DNA of 63,745 nucleotides from an uncultured Lachnospiraceae bacterium (GTDB taxonomy: Bacteria > Bacillota > Clostridia > Lachnospirales > Lachnospiraceae). The stretch lies in assembly GCA_905235545.1 (NCBI GenBank), contig CAJOMI010000001.1, positions 1 to 63,745 on the forward strand, read 5' to 3'. Numbering within the stretch: the stretch's first letter is position 1; each line of letters opens with the position of its first letter. A model generated the notes under the pieces. It did not search any database. It saw only the letters and a program-made list of their open reading frames with translations, and was not told the DNA's origin. Of this stretch, positions 8,707-18,679 are shown in pieces. Both the position numbers and the translations under genes were made by a program.

Positions 8707-10947
8707 ATGAAGAAACATGAAATGAAAAAAAATGGGATTCAAAAGTCCGAAACAAAAAAATACAGAAGAATAGGCAGGAAAATGACAGCCATAACCATGG
8801 CAACATTGCTTCTGGTATCATCTGTTGTGCCCGGTGAGGAAGTGCTGGCCGCACGAAAAAGTGGCGGAGGAACAAAGATTTCTCTTGCGACTGCAAAGAA
8901 ACTTGCGGTAGCGAAGAGTGAAAAGATTGAGGGCTTGGAACTTAGTATTGATGCAAAGGAAGCAGCGAGAATTTCAGCGACGAAGAGTCTTACCGAGAAG
9001 CAGAAGAATATGAATTCTTTTCGTTGGTCTCCTCTTTTGAAATTTAAATTGCCGACAAAACCGAATGAACAGGAGGCATTTGAATTTCAGTATAAACCGA
9101 TTCAGCTCCAGAGTGAAATCGACGTAATCCGGCATCAGGTAGATGATGCTAAGTTAAACGAGTACGAGAAGGTTTCCGATCTCTTTGTGGATATCGTATC
9201 CTATGAAGAGAAGATAACATTTTATACCGAGAGAGAGGAACAGTTGTCTGAGAGTCTGGGCAAATTGAATGCCAGAGTAAAGCTCGGAACGGCGACTCAG
9301 GCGGATGTTGACAAAGCCAGGACAAAGTTAAGTGATGTGAATTCAAAGCTCTCAAATGCAAAATCAAAGTATGAGACGGCGAAGGTGAAACTTGGCAATA
9401 TAATAGGACTGAATGTAAAAAACGGTTATACGTTTGAGAATCCGTTCGTGAGTGCCGAACTTGGAAGAAACGCATTGCCTTATCTTGAAAATTATACGGT
9501 TGCAAGAGACCAGACACTCTATGAGGCATCCAATGAGGAAAATCTTACCCTGCTCTCACTTCGAACAAATTACAGTCTGATGTCAAACTATTACGGATCC
9601 AAGATAAAAATGATTTCCAATTATATTACCCAGGTGAGTAACGGTGGAGATTTGGATAGACGAACCTTCAAGAAAGATTATGATGCCTTTCTCAAAAAGA
9701 TAGATCAGCCATGGCAGGGATATTATAAAATATGGTTTGTCAAGTTTCCGAAGGAATGGCTCAAAGGTAGTCTGGATGGTGTTCGTTATGTGGAAGACGA
9801 TCCCTATGTCTTATACCAGAATGCAATCGATTATCAGAGTGCGAGAAAGGACAAGGAAAATACGAAGGCAGAAGTGATCGCTAATGTGGAAGACGGTTAT
9901 GAGAATTATGTGGAGACCCGAAAGGCATATATTACAGCGGTGGATGAACTTACAAAGGCAGAGCAGGATTTGATTCTCGGAGATGTTAAGTTTATCTTAG
10001 GAGAGATAACAGCAGATGAATATTCGGAATTGGAAAATGCTTATAATACTGCGACAACGGAAGAAACGGAGACTTTGGCCGCGTACAGTCAGACAGTCTA
10101 TTCTTTTGACCGACTGACCTGCGGAGGGGTTTCGGCATTCTTTGAATCGCAGAATGTGGATATGACGGCAGAAACAAGAAGTATCGGTGCAGGGTCCAAA
10201 TCGACGGAAGATCTTATAAAAACGATGGTTCCGATTACGGAGGATGGTGTGGTCTATTCCATAGGATCATTGGGGGATGACCTGATGTTTGAACTTCGTA
10301 TCACGGTGCCATCCGATTTTTCCATTAGCAATCTGAATTACTATGAACTCTGGTGTGATAATGTAAAGATTGGAGACAGAACGGCAATCAATCTTCCGTT
10401 AAAGCACATGGTGCTTGCCACAAGTGAGATCACAACTTCTGAGATCCGGTTTTTCAGTTCGGAAAACGGTGATGACAGTTATATTACGAAGAGTGAATTT
10501 GATCCGACGGTTTCAAGGGGAACGCTTACCCTGATAAAGGGATATAATACATTTACAGCGGACGGTATGATTATCGGAAACTATGATGTGACAAACAGTT
10601 CTAAGACGGGAACGATTGAGATCAAGTTGAAACTCAATGAAAATTACGGCATCAGTAAATTTGCAATCAAATCGGGTAATCTCTACGCGCAGAAAGCGGA
10701 CCGGCTTAGTGACGAGCAGAGCGGAACACTGTATCTCAAAGAGGATACGACAGGTAAATATTCCGGAATATCCGATTCGTACAGTTATCTGGATGCGGTG
10801 AGCGGTGATCTGGAAGAACTTACCATAGAATTTACGGATGAACAGGGCAATAAGCTGTTTGAGGCGATTTTCAGCACCTCCGATCATAGTATCGTGGTGC
10901 CGAGAAATCAGCTTGAATATATTAACAATTATCAGTCAGAGAATTAG
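8707..10947 (+). CDS. secreted or anchored protein, 746 aa: TolC/OEP-like coiled-coil N-terminal half + beta-rich C-terminal part
   Basis: Signal or anchor MTAITMATLLLVSSVVPG. ISLATAKKLAVAKSEKIEGLELSIDAKEAARISA… and …GTATQADVDKARTKLSDVNSKLSNAKSKYETAKVKLGNIIGL follow the outer-membrane-efflux (OEP) repeat pattern. RBS GAGGAGA. Confidence 0.4.
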   Translation: MKKHEMKKNGIQKSETKKYRRIGRKMTAITMATLLLVSSVVPGEEVLAARKSGGGTKISLATAKKLAVAKSEKIEGLELSIDAKEAARISATKSLTEKQKNMNSFRWSPLLKFKLPTKPNEQEAFEFQYKPIQLQSEIDVIRHQVDDAKLNEYEKVSDLFVDIVSYEEKITFYTEREEQLSESLGKLNARVKLGTATQADVDKARTKLSDVNSKLSNAKSKYETAKVKLGNIIGLNVKNGYTFENPFVSAELGRNALPYLENYTVARDQTLYEASNEENLTLLSLRTNYSLMSNYYGSKIKMISNYITQVSNGGDLDRRTFKKDYDAFLKKIDQPWQGYYKIWFVKFPKEWLKGSLDGVRYVEDDPYVLYQNAIDYQSARKDKENTKAEVIANVEDGYENYVETRKAYITAVDELTKAEQDLILGDVKFILGEITADEYSELENAYNTATTEETETLAAYSQTVYSFDRLTCGGVSAFFESQNVDMTAETRSIGAGSKSTEDLIKTMVPITEDGVVYSIGSLGDDLMFELRITVPSDFSISNLNYYELWCDNVKIGDRTAINLPLKHMVLATSEITTSEIRFFSSENGDDSYITKSEFDPTVSRGTLTLIKGYNTFTADGMIIGNYDVTNSSKTGTIEIKLKLNENYGISKFAIKSGNLYAQKADRLSDEQSGTLYLKEDTTGKYSGISDSYSYLDAVSGDLEELTIEFTDEQGNKLFEAIFSTSDHSIVVPRNQLEYINNYQSEN

Positions 10948-10987
10948 TGAAAGCGCTTTTGTGTCATATCGATGAGGAGAATGTATT

Positions 10988-13900
10988 ATGAAAAAAATGC
11001 ACGGGGGAAAAACTGCATATCATCTCAAGATCATTGCTCTTTGCGGGACACTTTTTCTCGGCGCACTGGCAGTCGGAATCACAGCGGTGAAAAAAAACAA
11101 ACCTGCGAAGGCAGCTCCGACGAAACAGGAGGAATCGGGCTCCGGACTGGGACAACTTGTGAATGGTAAGTTGTCTCAGGAAGAATATGAGGAGCTGGTG
11201 GATGCCGAGTATAAGGAAAGTGGCGGTATGGTAAGGTTTGGCAGTTACAGAAAACGCTATGATGTCAGAAAGACCACCTTGTTTGTCGGAACCTATCTGA
11301 TCGAGTTTTCTGCGCTGAATGAAACATATTACCGTCTGGCAAATCTCTCGAAGACACAGCACACACAAAATATTGAGTTTTATAAGTCGGAACTGCAGAT
11401 GGTGGAGAACGGAAGCAATGTAAATGATGTGTGGGCTGAGCTGATGGATGCGAATCTCTCGTCTTTGACCACAGGTGCAAAGACAGAGGAAGAAAATCTG
11501 GACGAATACTGGATTAGCTGCGTGATCACGGATGATGGTGTATTTGATCCTAAGACCGGAGAAATAAAGGATCTGATGGGAGAAAATCTGTATGATTTGA
11601 TCAATCTTCCGGAACTTGCACCATTGAAAGTGAAGTATGATGAGATTGAGGAAAAGGCCGGACGAACGGAGGATGAGACCCTTCACAATTACTATACGAG
11701 AAACACCATCATATCCATCGATGATAATGCGGATCCTGTGGATCTGGAGATATTTAAGCGCTATGAGAATAATGGAAGAAATGATATTACAAATCGTTGC
11801 GATATTGAGATCAATGCGTTGAAAGCGTACCAGGGAAAATTCAGCGGTGAGGAGGATGATCTTACTGCGGCGAAAGCGGCGGCGATTCTCGATCTGTATG
11901 CACGTGAAGATGCAAAACGACGCGTGGAGATATACAAATTTTTATCTGTTGACACGGATGAAAGGGTGGCTGCACTGACAAGAATCGCTCAGATGATACA
12001 GGAAAAAGAGGAAGAGGAAGACTCCGCTTTTACTATGGATGAGAATTATATCAATGCGATTGAGGAGAGTTTGGAGAACTGTAAGAAGAGTTATGATCTG
12101 TATACCACCATGATGCTTACCAAAGGCAGTACGGTGATTTCGGAGTATCGCTATACATGGAGCGAAGAACTGCTTGACAGTGCCTATAACGGGAAATTAA
12201 ATGACAATGGAGAAAAATGGTTGCTTAATATCCTGGCCGTCAACAACATTGGTGCCGGTGAGATCAAGATGAGTGAAGCGGAGCAGCAGGTTCTTCAAAC
12301 CTATCTGATTCCGGAAGGGATCAAACGATACGAAAACAAGGTTCTGACGGAGGTGACCAGGGAATATACCAAAGCTCTGGCTGAAGGAAAAAGTGAAGAT
12401 GCGAAGAAAGATATTCTGATGGATCAGTATAACGATGCGGTTAAGCAGATGCAGGAACTGGAATTTCTCGTAAAGGCTACCTGTGACCGGAAGGAAAAGG
12501 AATATGCCATAAGTTTTATTAAAGAGCAGATTGAGCTTGCAACGCTTTGGAAGACTTTGGTGTTTGATGATCCTTACGGACCATTGGCAGATTACTGTAT
12601 TGACCTCTATATTGATTGGTTGAATAATCTTTATAAAGAGATCGTGGATGGAGATTCTGATTTCGATACAAACGGAATTGATCCGGATGAACTCGAGGCG
12701 GAAAAAGAGCGTGCAAAAGAGGAGAATAATCCGGAAAAATTAAAACAGCTCGAATTGCTGGAGGAACAATATGGCTCCAACGGAAGAAAAGACACGGATA
12801 GCAAGAATGGAGGGACAGGAGATGAAGGACCTGCCGTATTTGGATATTCCGTGAATAATATGACACCGCAGGAGTTGTTATCCGATCTTGGCGAGCGACT
12901 TAAGGACGATCTTAAACGGGCAAATTACAGTATATATGATGCCGTGATACGCGGTGCGGCAGATGCCGGTTTTGATCCGAATGCCGTTGTTTCGGGTACT
13001 CGAAATGGTGGGGAAGATGGAGAAGGCAGTGGTCGAAACACAAACGCAGGAGACGGAGATGACGATGACGCTGATAGAAACAGGAATGGTGTCGGTGATG
13101 GTCAGCCTGTAGATGATAATGACAGTAGCAGTGGAAGTGATGAGAATAGGGGAAGAAATTACGGAGGTGGCGATCAGGAAGGCACCGGTACTGACGGTAA
13201 CGACGATGAAAATGGAGACAATGCGTCAGGCAGAAACGGTAATGGAACCGGTAGTGATGATGGCAATAACGGTAGAAATTACGGTGGGGGTGATTCCGAT
13301 GGCAATGACGACGGAAGGAATGATACCGGTACCGGCAGTGATCCGGCAGCAGACGGAAAGAATCGCAAAAATCGACGGGATAATGAGAACTATGGCAGAA
13401 ATTATGGCAACGGCGATGAGGAAGGTGATGGAAGCGATAAACCTTGGAAAGATATATCTGCTTACGGAAAGGACCTGGATAATGAGGATAAGAACGGCAG
13501 TGAGGAAGATCGTTCCGATGAAGAAATAGAGAAAGCGATAGAAGACGCCTTCGGAAAAAGCTTTGGAGAACTGGATGCGGAAGCGCAGGCAGCTGTTGTA
13601 GTGGCACTCAATCGTTACGGTAAGATGCACAATGCCACAAACTGCCTTGCTTATGCGAGAAAACTGCTGACGACTATTATGAATAATAAGAACACGCTGG
13701 TATATGCACAGTATCAGGCAGATCAGAGTGCAGAATATATCAATCTGGGAGCGGTGGATTACAGCAGAATTTATACCGGGTTCCGGTATGTATTTATAGA
13801 TGGCGTGGACACTATAACGCAGATATCCGGTACAGCTGCATATTCCTTTGCAGGCAATCGTGTAACGAATTCCAACGGAGAGACGCAGGATCTGACAAGT

Positions 13901-14095
13901 GCGATTGGTTACCAGATAGATGACTATGTCAAACGCGGAACCAGGTTTCCGTACATCAATGAGACGGATTCCATGAAATATATGGTGGAAAGTGGAGAAT
14001 ATATAGTGGATACAGACTGGGGAATTGTTGTTACCGCGACAATGGAGCTTCAAGTTTCAAAGATCATAGAAATGCTTACACAGGCTGCGTCTTAA
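10988..14095 (+). CDS. large N-terminally anchored protein, 1035 aa, paralogue A (helical body, D/G/N-rich spacer, conserved C-terminal domain)
   Basis: TM IIALCGTLFLGALAVGITAV. It shares LFVGTYLIEF…FYKSELQ…DLINLPELAPLKVKY and the C-terminal …AVDYSRIYTGFRYVF… with the next gene. RBS GAGGAGA. Confidence 0.6.
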   Translation: MKKMHGGKTAYHLKIIALCGTLFLGALAVGITAVKKNKPAKAAPTKQEESGSGLGQLVNGKLSQEEYEELVDAEYKESGGMVRFGSYRKRYDVRKTTLFVGTYLIEFSALNETYYRLANLSKTQHTQNIEFYKSELQMVENGSNVNDVWAELMDANLSSLTTGAKTEEENLDEYWISCVITDDGVFDPKTGEIKDLMGENLYDLINLPELAPLKVKYDEIEEKAGRTEDETLHNYYTRNTIISIDDNADPVDLEIFKRYENNGRNDITNRCDIEINALKAYQGKFSGEEDDLTAAKAAAILDLYAREDAKRRVEIYKFLSVDTDERVAALTRIAQMIQEKEEEEDSAFTMDENYINAIEESLENCKKSYDLYTTMMLTKGSTVISEYRYTWSEELLDSAYNGKLNDNGEKWLLNILAVNNIGAGEIKMSEAEQQVLQTYLIPEGIKRYENKVLTEVTREYTKALAEGKSEDAKKDILMDQYNDAVKQMQELEFLVKATCDRKEKEYAISFIKEQIELATLWKTLVFDDPYGPLADYCIDLYIDWLNNLYKEIVDGDSDFDTNGIDPDELEAEKERAKEENNPEKLKQLELLEEQYGSNGRKDTDSKNGGTGDEGPAVFGYSVNNMTPQELLSDLGERLKDDLKRANYSIYDAVIRGAADAGFDPNAVVSGTRNGGEDGEGSGRNTNAGDGDDDDADRNRNGVGDGQPVDDNDSSSGSDENRGRNYGGGDQEGTGTDGNDDENGDNASGRNGNGTGSDDGNNGRNYGGGDSDGNDDGRNDTGTGSDPAADGKNRKNRRDNENYGRNYGNGDEEGDGSDKPWKDISAYGKDLDNEDKNGSEEDRSDEEIEKAIEDAFGKSFGELDAEAQAAVVVALNRYGKMHNATNCLAYARKLLTTIMNNKNTLVYAQYQADQSAEYINLGAVDYSRIYTGFRYVFIDGVDTITQISGTAAYSFAGNRVTNSNGETQDLTSAIGYQIDDYVKRGTRFPYINETDSMKYMVESGEYIVDTDWGIVVTATMELQVSKIIEMLTQAAS
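13151..13417 (+). repeat. three ~120-bp in-frame tandem units, each opening GRNYG(G/N)GD, inside a D/G/N-rich spacer
   Basis: GG(A/T/C)AGAAATTA(C/T)GG… recurs at 13151, 13271 and 13394. Confidence 0.6.
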
Positions 14096-14120
14096 GGTAA
14101 TGTGGATAGGGAGTGATAGA

Positions 14121-17100
14121 ATGAAGAGTAATAAGCGAACCGGAAGAAGATTGAAGATTCGAAAACTCTATAATTTGAAGAATAAGATAAAACATGCCGG
14201 TGTCAGAAAAAAGGCGATGGGCCTGATCGCTTTTTGTGTGGCTTTTTCTCTTGTTCTGACCGGCACTTTCTACAATTGGGGAAAGGCGCGTTCCGATTCC
14301 GAAGGGGCGAAAGCGGCAGAACTTGATGCTCTTGAAGGACTTCCGGGCGTGAAATTTTCCAGTATAAAAGACTCTGATATACCGAATGGGATGCTGCTGA
14401 TCGGGGCGTATCTGATCTATGACCAGTATTTGACAGATGCGGTTTACCAACTGGCTGTGGATAGTATGACAACATATAACCAGCCGATCATGTTCTATAA
14501 ATCCTCTATGGCAGGTGGTAACTGGCTTGATCTTTCATCGGCAGTCGGACTCTCGGATCTTCAGGGAAAGACCGGAGACTACGTAAAAAAGTCAGAACTG
14601 AATGACTGCATTGTGTGTGCCATGGTCGATTCGGATGGCAAGATAAGATCCTTACAGAAAACAGGAGCAGGTAAGATTATTTTCAATATTCAGGATCCCT
14701 ATGATTTTATGGAACTTCCGGAACTTGTTCCGGTAAAGCTTCTCTATAGTGGACTTACTGAGGGCGTGGATATCAAGTGGGCGTGGAATATATCCGATAT
14801 CCTTTCCAAGACAGACACCGGACGTATTGATCAGGTGTATGAGAAGATATGGACGGCCAGACTTCTTGACGGAGGGCTTGATGGGGATAGTGGCGGCAGG
14901 GCGGCCATGCAGGCGCTTGGAAACGGTCATAATGAGACAACTGACAAGTTAGATAAGGCGATAAGCGATCTCAATAACATATATTCGTATTATGTAGGTC
15001 AGGGAAACACACAATATATGCAGACTGTAATGGAGGCCATGGGACAGGCGGATTACTCCAGAAGATCCGAGATATATTATATGCTCGCATTCAACGGCAT
15101 GGGCAGGGTATATGACTATATAGTGAATAAGCAATATGATAAGCTGATCACGAAAGAGCAGTGGGCGGAACAGTTCATGATCGCCAATTGGGGAGAAAAC
15201 TGGCGCTATAATAAAAAGTGGTCTGCGGCAATAGATGCCACATTGGAAAATAATAGAAATTACAGTACATGGTCCAGTGTGAATTACGAGCAAATGAACA
15301 AAGAACTGGTTACAACATATCAGTCCATGTACGGCGGACTGAGTGATGGTGAAATTAAATTTTTAAATGCTTCTAATAGCAGTATATATGGTGATAAAGA
15401 TGATTCGGCGAATCGACTTGTAATAAATACGCTTCTCAACTCGAGTCCGAATAATGAAATTGGTAAGCTAAGCAGTTATAAAAATAAGATAGATGGTTCC
15501 TATTATTATTCGATAGCTTACCTCGCCTATGATTATGGCTGGGCAGTATCACAGGCGGGAGACCGTCTTGCTGATATCAGGTATTGGGCTGACAGGGGTG
15601 ATTATGACAAAGCTTTCGAGAATTATTTTTCTCTTATGCAGAGAACAGGCAGCACAAGAGAGAAAGGAGTAGACGGGACAAGTGACTACTATGTGGTAAG
15701 TAATTCGGGAAGACTGAACTCCCTTTTGCAACGACTTGAGACCGGAGATGACCTGTCGCCTGAACTTAGAAAGACATATACAACGGATGCTGAATATACG
15801 GATTCGGTTAAGGAGGCAATACAGAGTTGCGAGGAGAGTTATTACGAATATACAAGCCGTCTTGTGGAGAATGACAATACATTGCTTGGCGGTACCAGAT
15901 ACGATACGATGCAGTATCTTATTGACAATGCAGATGCGCAAAGCAAAACGAGTGTATCGGCAGAATATAATCAGAAGATCATGGAATATACATGCCTTCG
16001 GAATATAGCAGATAATGTGATTGCAGAGAGGGCAAATGAACTTTCACTGATCGATAATACACTTATGACTAAGGCGGAGAATAATTATCTGAAAGGAATA
16101 GCTGCGGGACCGGATAAACTGTATAACGATGCTGTAGCGGCGAATAAGCCGGAGGAGGTACTTAAGGGATACTTAGACAACCAGAAGGCAGCGCTGGATG
16201 GAACTCTTTCGGAATATGAATACATGATAGACGCAAGGATAAAAAGAATTGCATTGGGAGACAGAATCCCATATATTGACTCACTGCTCGGTAAAGCGAA
16301 CGGATATTATAACAGGGTTAGAAACGGCGCGTTTTCCGTAAAGGCGACAAAATCCGTAGACGAATTCATCGAGTGGCTGAATGATCTGAAAGGACAATGT
16401 CTGGCAGGAAGTACAGGCAGTCTGGCATTGGATGCTCTGGAGAGTCAGAAAGTGAACTATGAAGCGGAATATATGGATGCTCTGGACAAGGATGATCTGG
16501 ACGGTGCAGAGAAATGGAAGGATGCGTTGGATGATATTACGGCTCAGATCACTGAGATTCAAGACAGCGCATTGGACAGTTTTTTAAACGGGGACGCTAA
16601 GGGTGCCTCTGATGCGGCCAATTTGCTGGAGGGAACGCCGCAGGCTCTGGTTGAGGATATCAAAGGAAAAGCGGCCGATGATTTGGAAGATGGCGATTTG
16701 GCCATGATGGATACTTATATCAGCGCATTGGGAGATTTGGGCGGTTCTGATGCTTTGGAATATCTGGATCCATTGTTGAAGGATGCCGGTGCATCTACAG
16801 AATTGTTGAACAAGTTGAAAGATGCCAAGGATGTTGCGCTCGGAAGTGCATTTAATGCGGATGGTAACGGTAACGGAGATGAAACGGGCAATGGCAATGG
16901 AACCGGCACGGATGGCAACGGCGGAAGGAACGGTATTAGCGGCGACGATGGAACCGGTACGGGCGGTAATGGCAATGGAACCGGCAATGGTGCGGACGGC
17001 AGAGACGGAAGCGGCAATGGTACGGACGGAACCGGTAACGGAACCAGCACGGGTAGCAACGGAACCGGAGGAACCGGCACGGGCGGTAACGGAACCGGCA

Positions 17101-17915
17101 CGGATGGCAACGGCGGACGAAACGGTATCAGCGGAGGCAATGGAACCGGCACGGGCGGCAATGGTAACGGAGACGGAACAGGAGCAACCGGTACGGGTCG
17201 TAACGGAACCGGCACGGACGGCAACGGCGGACGAAACGGCACAGGTGGCAATGGCAGCGGAAATGGTTCCGACAGAAATATCGATACCACCGGGTTAGGG
17301 AATAAAAGTGATTCCAAATATGATGCATATAACGATGCCATATATGACTTTTTCGGTAAAGATTTTGATGATCTCAGCGATAAGGATAAGGCAGAAACAT
17401 TTGCTGGCATCGATCAGCACGCAAACGAAAAAGGCGATTATACAGGTAAACAATTTGCAAAACTTCTCTTAAAACAACTTTTGGATGAGGGTAATCCGTT
17501 TATATACCAGAAGTATAAGGATGAAAGTACTCACCTTTATGTCAATATGGCGGCGATTGACCGGTGCCGTTTGTATACAGGTTATCGGTATGTTTATAAA
17601 AATAACATGGATACATTAAGTAAGCTGAACAGTTCTGCAAGTTATATGTTTACGGTCGGCCTTTCGGTCGTGTTGAAGTCTGATGGCCGCAGAGCAGAGC
17701 TGACATCCTCTGTAGTGAGTCAGACGGATGTAACACTGGATGAAAAAGAGAAAAAAATATATCCATACCTTGTAAAAGAGGACAGTGAACATTATCTTGA
17801 TGTAAGCTGCTATTATATCCCGAATTGTATCTATGCGGTTCTGCTTCCACAGGATGTAGACGAAAAAGTAGAACAATTTCTTGGCGAATTGGATGCAAAT
17901 TCAAAAATTAATTAA
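14121..17915 (+). CDS. large N-terminally anchored protein, about 1264 aa, paralogue B (alternative start 14100)
   Basis: ATG 14121 follows an AGGGAG RBS. TM MGLIAFCVAFSLVLTGTF. It shares LLIGAYLIYD…FYKSSM…DFMELPELVPVKLLY and the C-terminal …AAIDRCRLYTGYRYVY… with paralogue A. Confidence 0.6.
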   Translation: MKSNKRTGRRLKIRKLYNLKNKIKHAGVRKKAMGLIAFCVAFSLVLTGTFYNWGKARSDSEGAKAAELDALEGLPGVKFSSIKDSDIPNGMLLIGAYLIYDQYLTDAVYQLAVDSMTTYNQPIMFYKSSMAGGNWLDLSSAVGLSDLQGKTGDYVKKSELNDCIVCAMVDSDGKIRSLQKTGAGKIIFNIQDPYDFMELPELVPVKLLYSGLTEGVDIKWAWNISDILSKTDTGRIDQVYEKIWTARLLDGGLDGDSGGRAAMQALGNGHNETTDKLDKAISDLNNIYSYYVGQGNTQYMQTVMEAMGQADYSRRSEIYYMLAFNGMGRVYDYIVNKQYDKLITKEQWAEQFMIANWGENWRYNKKWSAAIDATLENNRNYSTWSSVNYEQMNKELVTTYQSMYGGLSDGEIKFLNASNSSIYGDKDDSANRLVINTLLNSSPNNEIGKLSSYKNKIDGSYYYSIAYLAYDYGWAVSQAGDRLADIRYWADRGDYDKAFENYFSLMQRTGSTREKGVDGTSDYYVVSNSGRLNSLLQRLETGDDLSPELRKTYTTDAEYTDSVKEAIQSCEESYYEYTSRLVENDNTLLGGTRYDTMQYLIDNADAQSKTSVSAEYNQKIMEYTCLRNIADNVIAERANELSLIDNTLMTKAENNYLKGIAAGPDKLYNDAVAANKPEEVLKGYLDNQKAALDGTLSEYEYMIDARIKRIALGDRIPYIDSLLGKANGYYNRVRNGAFSVKATKSVDEFIEWLNDLKGQCLAGSTGSLALDALESQKVNYEAEYMDALDKDDLDGAEKWKDALDDITAQITEIQDSALDSFLNGDAKGASDAANLLEGTPQALVEDIKGKAADDLEDGDLAMMDTYISALGDLGGSDALEYLDPLLKDAGASTELLNKLKDAKDVALGSAFNADGNGNGDETGNGNGTGTDGNGGRNGISGDDGTGTGGNGNGTGNGADGRDGSGNGTDGTGNGTSTGSNGTGGTGTGGNGTGTDGNGGRNGISGGNGTGTGGNGNGDGTGATGTGRNGTGTDGNGGRNGTGGNGSGNGSDRNIDTTGLGNKSDSKYDAYNDAIYDFFGKDFDDLSDKDKAETFAGIDQHANEKGDYTGKQFAKLLLKQLLDEGNPFIYQKYKDESTHLYVNMAAIDRCRLYTGYRYVYKNNMDTLSKLNSSASYMFTVGLSVVLKSDGRRAELTSSVVSQTDVTLDEKEKKIYPYLVKEDSEHYLDVSCYYIPNCIYAVLLPQDVDEKVEQFLGELDANSKIN
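16864..17272 (+). repeat. G/N/T/D low-complexity coding repeats (GNGTG…GTGTDGNGGRNG unit three times)
   Basis: GGAACCGGCACGGA(T/C)GGCAACGGCGGA(A/C)G(G/A)AACGG recurs at 16899, 17091 and 17205. Confidence 0.7.
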
Positions 17916-17929
17916 AAAAATGCAATTAC

Positions 17930-17963
17930 AGTGACTGTTTCGTGACTGTTTGTGTTGTACAAT
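17930..17963 (+). promoter_or_regulatory. regulon promoter P3 (CIS tail operon): AGTGACT (17930-17936), CGTGACT (17941-17947), N10, TACAAT (17958-17963)
   Basis: Same 11-bp phasing and same N10 spacing to the -10. Intergenic, about 115 nt upstream of ATG 18080. Confidence 0.55.
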
Positions 17964-18079
17964 AATGACAACAGTTAAAGGTAAAACAGAAAGAAATTTG
18001 AATATTTGTCACACAATTGAAAAGATGTAATCAGAGTTTCACAATTACCGAATAATGGGATATATAGAAAGGGAAAAAT

Positions 18080-18676
18080 ATGGCAGATTATCCGATTATA
18101 GCAGATGTCAGTGCATATATTGTAAAAACGCTGCGGCAGAAGATGTGTCCGGAGCCGATACCGTCTCCGAATAACATAGAGATTTCTTCTCCGGCATCTC
18201 AGGATGTGGACTACATATTAGGTCTGTATCTGTATGATGTAAGGGAAGAGAATGATGTGACCAGACCCCCGCAGGTGCAGAGGGGCAGGGTGCAATTAAC
18301 CGTACCGCCAAAACCATATAGTTTATACTATATGGTGTTTATCAATGGGTCTTCCCAGATGGGACTTAAGGCTCCGGATATACAAAAAATTATAGGAAGG
18401 GTAGCACAAATTATCAATGATAACAATTCTGTGCGACCGAACGAACTGCAATCCTGGCTGGATACAGAGGAACCTCCGATTGTACTGTCTCAGGCGAAGA
18501 TAAGTCTGGAGGAGAAGGTAAGGGTGTGGAGCGCGATCAACAAGCCATATCAGATCAGTCTCTTTTACAAGGCGGCACCTGTTTTTCTGTCCAGTGAGGT
18601 TGTAATCAACACACCGAGAGTAACAGAAGCAAGTTTTGGTGTGGATATAACCGGTGTAGGAAGGAGGGAGCAGTAG
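18080..18676 (+). CDS. DUF4255 (Pvc16/Afp16 N-terminal-like) CIS tail terminator/cap-like protein
   Basis: IADVSAYIVKTLRQ…ILGLYLYDVREEN…YSLYYMVF…LSQAKISLEEKVRVWSAINKPYQISLFYKAAPVFL follows the DUF4255 pattern. Confidence 0.7.
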   Translation: MADYPIIADVSAYIVKTLRQKMCPEPIPSPNNIEISSPASQDVDYILGLYLYDVREENDVTRPPQVQRGRVQLTVPPKPYSLYYMVFINGSSQMGLKAPDIQKIIGRVAQIINDNNSVRPNELQSWLDTEEPPIVLSQAKISLEEKVRVWSAINKPYQISLFYKAAPVFLSSEVVINTPRVTEASFGVDITGVGRREQ

Positions 18677-18679
18677 AAT

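Noticed and set aside
12912-14053. Minus-strand ORFs of 231 aa (H/R/C-rich) and 275 aa overlapping the 3' part of the 10988-14095 gene.
   Set aside because: They are antisense to a well-supported long + strand gene. Their biased composition derives from the D/G/N-rich repeats on the other strand.
16715-17410. 231-aa minus-strand ORF encoding a proline-rich (PVPLPPVPVP…) protein.
   Set aside because: It is the antisense reading of the GNGTG low-complexity repeats in the 14121-17915 gene. Its composition mirrors the sense strand, and it has no RBS or independent support.
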